Assembly (NCBI GenBank): GCA_022709525.1
Contig: JAKLIQ010000001.1
Span: forward strand, 146,679 to 210,678
Direction: 5' to 3'
DNA length: 64,000 nucleotides
From: Candidatus Omnitrophota bacterium
GTDB lineage: Bacteria; Omnitrophota; Omnitrophia; Omnitrophales; Aquincolibacteriaceae
Shown here in pieces: positions 40,601-48,449 of the stretch. The translations under genes were made by a program, and so were the position numbers. The first letter of the stretch is position 1. Each line of letters starts with the position of its first letter. A model generated the notes under the pieces. The model made no database searches. It saw nothing but the letters and a program-made list of their open reading frames with translations, and was not told the origin of the DNA.

Positions 40601-41679
40601 ATTTTTCCGGATTGCCGTCCATGAATCCTTATGAAAAACTTGATTCAAAAAGCAATGATGTGGACCCTATCACCAATCAGGCAGACCCTTCTAATGATAT
40701 CTGGGATCAGGACAGGGGAGGTTTTTTGATCTATAAAGTTCCCGGCGCTAGCCCCGGGGAACCGGGAGGGCAATTAAAAGCGGCGGGAAAATACAGGTTT
40801 TTCCTTTTTTGTCCTTATGGAATATGCAGCAACGCGTACCCTGAATTAAAAGCAAAAAACGGCTGGTTTGTTAGTTGTTCAGGCGCCGATTCGGCGCCCT
40901 CGAGCGGCGCCTGTTCTTTTGAAGGAAGAAACGATGTCTTTAAACCCGAGTATAAAAATTTTCTGGAACCGCTTTATGAAAGATTGCAAATGGCCGATCA
41001 ACACGGAAATCCTCTTTACTGGTATAGAAACTATAGCTCGTCCAGCCCAGGGTATCGTTACAGAGATTTTCTGGTTATAAAATTGGTCAATCCCTATCCG
41101 GCGGCAAGCATTGACCCGGGATCAAGCAGTCAAGTCATAGGCCAATATTATTTCAAAAATCGAACTTGCCATCCCGCACTCGGAACCTCCTGTTCTTCCG
41201 GCGCCAACAAGATCTATCTCCGCGCATGCGACATTTCATCATCGGGGCTCGGAGGATATCTTAATGCTATCGAACAGGTAAATTATCCGCCCAATCTTCA
41301 TTACAGCTACCCCTATTACGAACGCCTATATGATGTGAAATACAGTGGAGGATATGAAAACTTGATCAACTTTCAAGAAAATTGGCGGGATTTGAGCGAT
41401 CCTAGTGAGGATATTCGACGTAGAGTCTTTTTTTCAGGAGTCACGACGGCCCCGTGGTTTTCGGAAGAATTAAAAAAATCAGACGGAGCGCCGGCATATT
41501 ATGGAACCGATTATTACAGGGCTCCGGAACGAACCTATGACTACAACGAAACCCTAAGAGATGATCCTCCGCCCGGAACTCCCAAGCTATTTTCTGTGGC
41601 TCAAAAGACGGGCCAGAAGGAATTAGACCCTGATAATCTTGATTATGTTGATTCTACTACCTCGTCCGGGGGTTCTTGA
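37678..41679 (+). CDS. giant PilX_N-anchored, Cys-rich extracellular protein (putative pilus-associated adhesin, 1333 aa)
   Basis: N-terminus NERGYALLATILIVILIVSGLTGAFLNMT resembles the PilX N-terminal (pseudopilin-like) anchor. The remaining ~1250 aa are rich in Cys, Tyr, Trp, Asn, Gly and Pro with no recognised domain. It lies among the pseudopilins and is AT-richer than the flanking genes. Confidence 0.5.
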   Translation: MRNLKTNERGYALLATILIVILIVSGLTGAFLNMTRQGRSIQRLKDRAEMSLYAQAVVEAVESLFYSYVITHATYPNFSSEQKNEVCDPCVSTDTAGFFRTKALANIQSLTSHMPYIKDPANLNSIPEVRVRQIGSSTEPADAVREYEVTVAMVNTRSGERLAVKQKLEVRAGTLFDFSIFYDDDLEIAPGPESSIQGPIFTNGDVYLMSGRTSDFATNAGLKFLLPYTNPLNPHPQNYILKSHGDIYFYFKRAMAENYMLNSQEFSGADAYIANLPPYYLEALGVSDLASLKARVAGGEKLPEVTPPWNVHQSDWCDYSKIYAGCQLEKDGTENRFFPYFYYFSNGAELGNYNGVIPVTRISVYDSSGASPLNIGTTPTGVLVQSYSRFAAGTVYHAPRMGPYAYPWTAYRVSVSPAFDVTNFPKLYSGWSPEHPVATRKNVTGESHPLKEKMDNPLKDPQWGGVSSQGNILIMDNVDPKALPIGVANPDPSNINPNHLLIEPVEESDSVEIKNLKYQGIADIDIRCANSLCTAHSVCVKGEYPCFSSSAAPEEFIDYGWIYDYRLKGRYRTLTLFMDKLRKYFLDRIPRTDATGTALGNEYFRDGISIYIQTLPMLDSLGVPQGDAEDNSVRLVRVKDSAAATYPGAIPSALQSGKITGMTLATNGRLWVQGDFNIYYGYNESGAPGGVCSYDEIIQQTCKVPPVAIFSDSFGILSKEWKDAYGASTSLDSRNVGNDLSLNTAVVTGFLESRLERRYSSLPGPRWNTNGIDAKYLTGPVNGIYYLKVSHPDFDLAKTSMSYWPEWAKTAGDTEIPVVTCEVDKTTYTPPLTASVAGCLGYVGVPSVALHSSYVLTGYSPNCWNCLGVRNPSYTGVPTGEGSAVSHTGDTCAADVASGAPLRHSEYRNIGACRDGSDLNGAVIPTENPYYNSPCRITATNGAIPGEINFTEIYNAWRRDDAGNHISLITTNESYFSGLPSMNPYEKLDSKSNDVDPITNQADPSNDIWDQDRGGFLIYKVPGASPGEPGGQLKAAGKYRFFLFCPYGICSNAYPELKAKNGWFVSCSGADSAPSSGACSFEGRNDVFKPEYKNFLEPLYERLQMADQHGNPLYWYRNYSSSSPGYRYRDFLVIKLVNPYPAASIDPGSSSQVIGQYYFKNRTCHPALGTSCSSGANKIYLRACDISSSGLGGYLNAIEQVNYPPNLHYSYPYYERLYDVKYSGGYENLINFQENWRDLSDPSEDIRRRVFFSGVTTAPWFSEELKKSDGAPAYYGTDYYRAPERTYDYNETLRDDPPPGTPKLFSVAQKTGQKELDPDNLDYVDSTTSSGGS

Positions 41680-42230
41680 TGGGGAAACGGGGCATAACAT
41701 TACTTGAGACCATCGTAACGTTGGTAATTATGGCGATTGGCGCCTCGATCGTTGTTCCTAAGATTCAACAAACCGCCGAAAACAAACGCGCTGACAGCGC
41801 GATTCAAAGCCTTCGGACGATTTCTCATTGTATGCGCCTCTATGCGCTGGAAAAAAATCTTGAAGTTTTTCAAAATACCTCCTCTGGCAGCTTATCAGCG
41901 CTTGAAAAGCTATCAACCATGCAAGGAGGGAGTGGTTGTTTTGACTATAATGCGCTTGAGCCAACCTATGATTTTTTTGCGAACAAAGATGCGAATAGCG
42001 ATGAATGGATCTCCTGGTATGGAACGGATTGGGGTAATTGGGTATCGCTTGTCGCGTGTGACAAAAAAAGCAAACGTGTAATTTTTTTGAGATTTGCGGG
42101 TGACCCTACGCGGGGTCTTTATTATGGAAGCGCCATTTTTGATTTTAAGGACACAGCGTGCCCGGATCCAAATTCAAACATTGCGCTTCCGTCAGATTTT
42201 AAAAATCTTGTCCGTAATATCCCAGAATGA
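41676..42230 (+). CDS. pseudopilin (GspG/H-like)
   Basis: MMGKRG|ITLLETIVTLVIMAIGASIVVP prepilin N-terminus. Overlaps the stop of the giant gene. Confidence 0.6.
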   Translation: MMGKRGITLLETIVTLVIMAIGASIVVPKIQQTAENKRADSAIQSLRTISHCMRLYALEKNLEVFQNTSSGSLSALEKLSTMQGGSGCFDYNALEPTYDFFANKDANSDEWISWYGTDWGNWVSLVACDKKSKRVIFLRFAGDPTRGLYYGSAIFDFKDTACPDPNSNIALPSDFKNLVRNIPE

Positions 42231-42342
42231 ATAAATCTCATTCATTATTTCAGAATCAAAGGCATAGAGGCCTTAGGAAGTGTAACATGACTTTAGCACT
42301 GCCCTCTCACTTTAAACTTTGTTTTATGTGTAGACAAAGTTT

Positions 42343-43095
42343 ATGAAACAGCGCGTCTTAATTTTTGAGAAAAATGGAGGGGGGTGGGCGTCTTTTTTGA
42401 GCGGTTATTTCAGCGATGCGCCGGTCTCGGTAATGACGGCCGACGATCCTGCGCAAACGGGCCCGCTTTTTGATAAATTCGTTCCGAAGGTTCTTTTTAG
42501 CCAGCATTTCTTTTTAGCAAAAAATTTTTTACAAAAGATCCGGGTCCGGAAAGACACGGATCCCCAATTCCGCTTTTATCTTTTGGGCGAAGCCCCCGCT
42601 TTCAAGAAAGACCCTCTTCTTGACGGCGCCTTTCCGGACGATCCGGCGTCGATCGATTTTAATAAAAAGTTCATCGAATCGTTGCCCATGCCGGAGAAGG
42701 TCCGGATCCTGGTTGTCGACGACGAAGAGGAGATCGGGACGATGGTCCGGGATTATTTTGAGGGGCGCCAGGCCCCTACCTTCGAGATCGCATGCGCCCC
42801 GAACGGGAAAGAAGCGCTTGCGGTGATCGCGAAGCGGAAACCCGATGTGATCATTCTCGATATCAAGATGCCCGTGATGGACGGCCGGGAATTCTACGCG
42901 AAGCTCAAGGCCTCCAAGCTCGAGATCCCGGTGGTCGTCTTCTTTGATTCTATTTCAGGAGAGGAGCTTTCCGAGATGCGCCGATCAGGCAATCCCGCCG
43001 TGCTCGAGAAAGGGTACAAAGGCAGCTCGCTTTCGGCGATGATGTTTTTGGTGAAGAAATTAGTTTACTTCACCAGACTCGAGACGACAGACTAG
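42343..43095 (+). CDS. response regulator with C-terminal receiver domain and degenerate N-terminal receiver-like domain
   Basis: C-terminal REC with RILVVDDEEEIG...DVIILDIKMPVMDG...LEKG. The ~110-aa N-terminal region looks like a degenerate receiver (VLIFEKNGG...). No output domain. Confidence 0.65.
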   Translation: MKQRVLIFEKNGGGWASFLSGYFSDAPVSVMTADDPAQTGPLFDKFVPKVLFSQHFFLAKNFLQKIRVRKDTDPQFRFYLLGEAPAFKKDPLLDGAFPDDPASIDFNKKFIESLPMPEKVRILVVDDEEEIGTMVRDYFEGRQAPTFEIACAPNGKEALAVIAKRKPDVIILDIKMPVMDGREFYAKLKASKLEIPVVVFFDSISGEELSEMRRSGNPAVLEKGYKGSSLSAMMFLVKKLVYFTRLETTD

Positions 43096-43182
43096 AGACA
43101 AGAGCATAGGTAGTTGGCAGCAAAGAAGTATATGGTAGGTGGTATGTAGTATGTGGCAAATCAAGAAAGAAGCGGTAAAGTC

Positions 43183-43542
43183 ATGACAAAGATCACAAGC
43201 TTTAAGGATTTAAAAATTTGGAATTTGGGAGTAGAAATCGTTTTGGTCGTCTATGGGCTGACAAAAAGATTTCCAAAGGAGGAGATCTATGGCCTGACAA
43301 GCCAGATCCGAAGGGCCTCGGTTTCTATCCCCGCGAATATTGCCGAAGGGTTTCGACGATTTTCTTCCAAGGAACATAAACAATATCTTCATATCGCGAT
43401 GGGGTCTCTTGCGGAACTTGAAACCGAACTTTTTATAGCGTACAGACTGGAATATTTTACGGAAAATGAATTTGAGACTATTTCTTCCAAAATTGACTCC
43501 TTGGGGCGGATGCTAACAGCTGTCCTTCAAAAATTCAGATAG
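43183..43542 (+). CDS. four-helix-bundle protein (23S rRNA intervening-sequence protein family)
   Basis: FKDLKIWNLGVEI...YGLTSQIRRASVSIPANIAEGF...LHIAMGSLAELETELFIA is the typical four-helix-bundle protein pattern. It is flanked by imperfect inverted repeats. Confidence 0.7.
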   Translation: MTKITSFKDLKIWNLGVEIVLVVYGLTKRFPKEEIYGLTSQIRRASVSIPANIAEGFRRFSSKEHKQYLHIAMGSLAELETELFIAYRLEYFTENEFETISSKIDSLGRMLTAVLQKFR

Positions 43543-43548
43543 GATGCG

Positions 43549-45477
43549 ATGAATTTTTTAAAAAAACGAAACCACATACTACTTACTACATACTATCTAC
43601 TATTTTTTTTCGTCACATGTTCCCTTGCTGCCGAACCGCTTTCCTCCGACGATGAAGCTTTGCTCGACGAGATCCAGGAAAAGGCCTGCCGTTTTTTTCA
43701 AGACCACGTTAATCCCTACAACGGGCTTGTCCGGGACAGCGCGCCCAACAAGCCCAACGCCGCCAGCAACGCTCCGGCAACTATCGCGGGCGTCGGGTTC
43801 GCGCTTTCGGCTTATCCGGTCGCCGTCGAAAGGGGATGGATGAGCCGCGCGACGGCGCACGCCCTGACGGTCCGGACGTTGGAGTTTTTCCTCAACCAGG
43901 CGGCGCAGCATAAAGGTTTTTTCTATCATTTCCTTAATTTTGAAAGCGGGGAGCGGGCCGGCCGCTCGGAGCTTTCGCCGATCGATACAGCGCTTTTTTT
44001 GGCCGGCGCGCTTTTTGCCGCAGAGTATTTTGAGGACGCCAAGATCCACGGCCTTGTGCGCCGGATCTATGAACGGATCGATTTTCCCTGGATGATGAAT
44101 CACGGCAAGGCCTTCGCCCTTGCCTGGCATCCCGAAACCGGTTTCAGCAAGCACCGCTGGGACCATTTTGACGAGTCGCTTCTTTTGTATGTCCTCGCGA
44201 TCGGCTCGCCGGGCCTGCCGATCCCGGCCGAAAGCTGGCGGGAGATCTCGCGGCCGGTGGGAAGTTACCGTGATTACCGGCTGATCCAGATGCCGCCGCT
44301 TTTTACGCACCAGTACCCGCATGTCTGGCTTGACCTCCGCGATCAAAACGACGGTTTTGCGGATTATTTCTCCAATTCCGTGAATGCCTCGCTCGCCAAC
44401 CGAGCTTTTTGCATCGATCAGGCGTCCAAGTTCGCCGGTTACGGCCCGAACCACTGGGGGCTTTCGGCTTCGGAGGGCCCCGCAGGATACCGCGCCTACG
44501 GAGCGCCGCCGGGTTGGACGGTTCTTCATGACGGCACCATCACGCCGACGGCCTGCGGCAGCTCGATCGTTTTTACACCCAAGGAATCCATCGCCTGCCT
44601 CAGGGATCTACGCCAGAATTACAGCGACACCCTGTGGGGGCCTTACGGTTTTTCGGATGCTATCAACATGACCAAGGGGTGGGTGAGCCCCAAAGTGCTG
44701 GCGATCGATCAGGGGCCGCTTCTGCTCATGATCGAAAATTACCGGTCGGGCTTGATCTGGAAACACATGAAGCAGAGCACGCCTATCCAGGCGGCCCTCA
44801 AAAAGATCGGGTTCCGGAAAGGAACTATGGAACTTCCCTGGCCGCCGCCCCCCGAATATCGCGCGCCCTATGTTCCTCAAGGCCTTCAGATCGACGGATT
44901 CCTTAAAGATTGGCCCGCCTCAGGCGCGATCAAGCTGGATCCGGAACACAACAGGGAATTCGGTGTTTTTGACGGCCCCGAAGATCTTTCGGCGTCCATT
45001 CGATTTGCCTGGGACAAGGAATACCTCTATTTCGTGGCGAAGGTAACCGACGACGATGTGATCGTTAAAAGGACAGGCAAGAATATCTGGCGCGACGACA
45101 TCTTCGAGCTTTACATTGATCCGGAAGGGGAAGGCCTTTACTGGAACGATCCGGGGGATTATCAGATAGGGTTCCGCCCCGGGCTCGGCGAAAAGGAGAT
45201 CGCCGCATGGTCGTGGTTTCAGGGCGGCGAGGACCCGCTTCAGACCGGACAAGCGATCGCGAAAAGCTATGTGGACGGCAAGGGATATATTATCGAAGGG
45301 GCTATCCGGTGGGAATATCTCGGGATCGAGCCGGCGCCCGGCGGCGAGGTCCGGCTTAGTCCCGCAATTCATGAGATCGACCGTAAAGGCGGGGACGGAA
45401 AACTTGTTTGGTTCTTCCGCAACGAGGAAAAATATAAACGTTTTGTCCTGGGAAAAGTTATCCTGTCGCAAGAATAA
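43549..45477 (+). CDS. secreted glucoamylase-like (six-hairpin glycoside hydrolase, DUF3131-like) protein with C-terminal CBM9-like domain
   Basis: Signal peptide, then an alpha/alpha-toroid-like region, then a C-terminal family-9-type carbohydrate-binding domain (FAWDKEYLYFVAKVTDDDV...WRDDIFELYIDPEG...YQIGF). The family assignment is tentative. Confidence 0.5.
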   Translation: MNFLKKRNHILLTTYYLLFFFVTCSLAAEPLSSDDEALLDEIQEKACRFFQDHVNPYNGLVRDSAPNKPNAASNAPATIAGVGFALSAYPVAVERGWMSRATAHALTVRTLEFFLNQAAQHKGFFYHFLNFESGERAGRSELSPIDTALFLAGALFAAEYFEDAKIHGLVRRIYERIDFPWMMNHGKAFALAWHPETGFSKHRWDHFDESLLLYVLAIGSPGLPIPAESWREISRPVGSYRDYRLIQMPPLFTHQYPHVWLDLRDQNDGFADYFSNSVNASLANRAFCIDQASKFAGYGPNHWGLSASEGPAGYRAYGAPPGWTVLHDGTITPTACGSSIVFTPKESIACLRDLRQNYSDTLWGPYGFSDAINMTKGWVSPKVLAIDQGPLLLMIENYRSGLIWKHMKQSTPIQAALKKIGFRKGTMELPWPPPPEYRAPYVPQGLQIDGFLKDWPASGAIKLDPEHNREFGVFDGPEDLSASIRFAWDKEYLYFVAKVTDDDVIVKRTGKNIWRDDIFELYIDPEGEGLYWNDPGDYQIGFRPGLGEKEIAAWSWFQGGEDPLQTGQAIAKSYVDGKGYIIEGAIRWEYLGIEPAPGGEVRLSPAIHEIDRKGGDGKLVWFFRNEEKYKRFVLGKVILSQE

Positions 45478-45700
45478 GGAAAACGGGGATCAGGAGAATT
45501 CTAATCACCAAGCATCAAGAGACAATAACCAAAGATTTGGGATATTGATCATTGAGTATTGTTTGGTCATTGTATCTTGCTTGCCTGCCGGTAGGCAGGG
45601 TTATTGATAATTTAGCTCGGTGTTTTTATCCCGTTTGCAATAAGGACCTTGGGATTTCAAAAAACGTCGAATAGTTAGTTCCGGAAAAAGGAGCTTTCCG

Positions 45701-46342
45701 ATGAAACGATTTCGAAAAAATGGTTCCGCGAAAGAAAAAGCCGTTCGTCCTCTTGATGTCGGGCGGATCGTGCGGCGGCTGCGCGAAGAAAGAAATTTAA
45801 GCGGCGTGGAGTTTTGCCGCCGCGGGAAAGGGATCGATCCCAAGACGCTCGTGGCGCTCGAAAAGGGAAGGATCCGCAACCCCTCCATGGCCACCCTTGC
45901 GGCTCTGGCGAAGGGATTTGGGATCACCGTAAGCGATCTTTTCCGCCAGGCGGAACTGGAACAGCGCAATTATTTTTCACTGGGTTCGCAAAAGGGGGTC
46001 TGCAAGATCGACCTGCCTTCCCAAGGGATCCAGCTGATCTCCTTTACGCCGCTGACGGAAGAGCTTTTCTGCGGGAAGATGATCCTGGAGGGGCAGAAGC
46101 GCTTTGATGAAAAATTGCTTGCCGGAGGAGGCGGGGCCTTTTTCGTCATGACCCTGATCGGCCAGTTCGAAGGAGCGGTGGAGGGCCGGAAGGCCCTGCT
46201 CAAAGAAGGGGACAATCTTTACTTCTATGGCGGCATGAAATTCCACCTCGCGAATGCTCTCCAGCGGAATTCCACGCTCCTTGTCGTTGCAGTGCCCTCC
46301 TTCCTGAAAGCGCGGCAGGTCTTCCGTAAACGCGAAACTTAG
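45701..46342 (+). CDS. XRE-family HTH regulator with C-terminal cupin domain
   Basis: HTH region (VRRLREERNLSGVEFCRR...LVALEKGRIRNPSMATLAALAKGFGITVSDLF) plus a cupin-like C-terminus. Confidence 0.7.
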   Translation: MKRFRKNGSAKEKAVRPLDVGRIVRRLREERNLSGVEFCRRGKGIDPKTLVALEKGRIRNPSMATLAALAKGFGITVSDLFRQAELEQRNYFSLGSQKGVCKIDLPSQGIQLISFTPLTEELFCGKMILEGQKRFDEKLLAGGGGAFFVMTLIGQFEGAVEGRKALLKEGDNLYFYGGMKFHLANALQRNSTLLVVAVPSFLKARQVFRKRET

Positions 46343-46463
46343 GCCCCGCCGCCTCCTTCCGGGGACCCTTTTCTCCCGTTAACTCCAGGACCGTTTTTGC
46401 CGATAAAAGAAGAGCTTTAGATTTTGTTATAAATCGTGGTAAAATGCTGCCAATTCGAAACTT

Positions 46464-48398
46464 ATGAAAAGAACCCTTGCCTTTATTTTTGCGTTTGGGA
46501 CAGCGGTCGGTTTGTGTTTGCCGGCATCTCCGCTCTATGGCGCGGAGACTCGCGCTTCCGTTCCGGGCATCGCCTCTGTTTCAGAAGACCAATCCATTTC
46601 TAATATCCAGCCCGGTATTCAGCCGGTTTCTATGACCTCCGCCGTTCCCGCCGAAGAGCCCATCGCCGTCCGCAAAGACGCGCCGGAAGCGAGGATCGAG
46701 ATCCGCGATGAAACCATGATGCAGGAGCTGAACAAGCAGGCCAAAGAAGTGGAAAAAGCCAAAACGAAGGCCCTTGACGATGCCGTGCGCCTGCAGGTCG
46801 AAGCTTTACGGGAAGAACGCGCCAGGGAGATGCCCTATCTGGACCGTATTTATATCCGCACTTCCATCACGCCTTTGAAAGTTCAGCAAAAAGACGAGTT
46901 CCTGAACAGCGGCCCCAAAAACTTAAAAGACCTTATCGTTCGCGCGAAGTCGGTCCACACGCAGGCCAAAGCGGCTCATGAAAATATCTCGCTTTATAAC
47001 CGCCGCGTTCTTCTAGCGTTCCGAAAACTTTTCCCCGAGGCCTCCATCAATTTCAATAACCGGAAAGGCCAATTGAGCGGCTCTCCTTTCACCGGCGATG
47101 ACTGGCATATCACGTTGCGTCAGCCGATCTTTAACGGCGGGATCCTTTGGAACACGTTCCTGCAGGAAAAGGCGAGCCTTGAAGCGGCAAAGAAACAATT
47201 CGACAAAACCCTTTCGGAACTTGTGTTCGACCTTTCCCGCGCCTATTTTGAGTATCAAAGGGCCCTTCAAACCGCCGACGAACATCAGGTCCTTGTCGAT
47301 AAGATGAAACGTTTCGCGGAAATGTCAGATGAGAAATTCAAAGAGAACCTGATCTCCGAGATCGAGCACCTGAACGTCCAGTCGCTTTACAGCCAGATGA
47401 ATTTTGATCTGGAATCCGCCAATCAGGAGCTTGAGATCGCGCGGCTCGAGATGCAGCGCTACCTCGATCTTTCCGTGAATGACCAGGTCCAGCTTTCCAA
47501 GATCTACAACCTGGACGATGTGGTCGAGAACCAGGCGAGTTCCGTGACGGGCGCGGCCGGCGCTTCCAAAACCCCGCCCGATGTTTTTAAAGGAGAAGAA
47601 AAATCCCCGGAACTTTCAAAGCTGGTCGATCTTTCTTATAAAAACCGTCCGGAACTTCAAGTCGAGGCCGCAAAACTCCAGGCCCAGCGGCTTGGTGAGC
47701 GGATCCGTTGGGGTGAATTTCTTCCCAAGGCCTATTTAACGTACCAATTTGGGGCGTTAGGCGAAGCTTATTATGGCTCCGGCGTGGATTCGATTTATGC
47801 TTCCGCGACGCCGGGCTCCGTTACTTCTTATACGGATGAACCCCGTCTTAAAAAAGAATGGCAGTTGATGCTTGAACTGAATTGGAATGTTGCCGGCAAC
47901 AAAGTGAGTTACACGTTCAGTCGCGATAAAAAAGCCCCGTCGATCACGCAGTATCTTTATGGAGACGGAACGCAGCTTCGCAAGAACGCCCTCAATGTCG
48001 GTATTTTAGACGGCCTGGACGCTTTTGTGAACGTGAAGCAAGCCGAGGTTGATAAGCTTAATCAGGTGGTCGAGCTCGAAAAAGCCGAAAAACAGGTACT
48101 TCAGGACGTCAAGCAGGCTTATTACGATTATCAGAAAGCCACGATCCAGGTTAATTCCACGGTCAAGCGGTTCGAATACCGTAAACGGTTGCGTGACTTC
48201 GCCGAATACCGGCTCAGTAAAAAAGAAGTCGAGCTTTCTGAATATCTTCAGGCCGAATCCGATCTGACGCGCGAGAAAGCGGAGCTCCATAAAGCGCTTA
48301 AAGATTATTTTTCAGCCAAAGCGTCGCTCAACCACGCCGTGGGCATCCAGGATTTTTTGAATTTGGGGACCCCGAAAGAACCTCAAAGTCAGGCGTAG
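46464..48398 (+). CDS. TolC-family outer membrane efflux protein
   Basis: Signal peptide, then two repeated coiled-coil/beta-barrel OEP repeats. Heads an MFP-RND-RND locus. Confidence 0.75.
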   Translation: MKRTLAFIFAFGTAVGLCLPASPLYGAETRASVPGIASVSEDQSISNIQPGIQPVSMTSAVPAEEPIAVRKDAPEARIEIRDETMMQELNKQAKEVEKAKTKALDDAVRLQVEALREERAREMPYLDRIYIRTSITPLKVQQKDEFLNSGPKNLKDLIVRAKSVHTQAKAAHENISLYNRRVLLAFRKLFPEASINFNNRKGQLSGSPFTGDDWHITLRQPIFNGGILWNTFLQEKASLEAAKKQFDKTLSELVFDLSRAYFEYQRALQTADEHQVLVDKMKRFAEMSDEKFKENLISEIEHLNVQSLYSQMNFDLESANQELEIARLEMQRYLDLSVNDQVQLSKIYNLDDVVENQASSVTGAAGASKTPPDVFKGEEKSPELSKLVDLSYKNRPELQVEAAKLQAQRLGERIRWGEFLPKAYLTYQFGALGEAYYGSGVDSIYASATPGSVTSYTDEPRLKKEWQLMLELNWNVAGNKVSYTFSRDKKAPSITQYLYGDGTQLRKNALNVGILDGLDAFVNVKQAEVDKLNQVVELEKAEKQVLQDVKQAYYDYQKATIQVNSTVKRFEYRKRLRDFAEYRLSKKEVELSEYLQAESDLTREKAELHKALKDYFSAKASLNHAVGIQDFLNLGTPKEPQSQA

Positions 48399-48449
48399 TC
48401 CTTTTTGAAATAATATCATTCGGAAGACCATAAGGGAGTTTGACTCAAG

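Noticed and set aside
43600-44529. 309-aa minus-strand ORF inside the glycoside-hydrolase-like gene
   Set aside because: Arg/Pro-rich translation typical of an antisense frame in GC-rich coding DNA. Overlaps a gene with a signal peptide and domain structure. Spurious.
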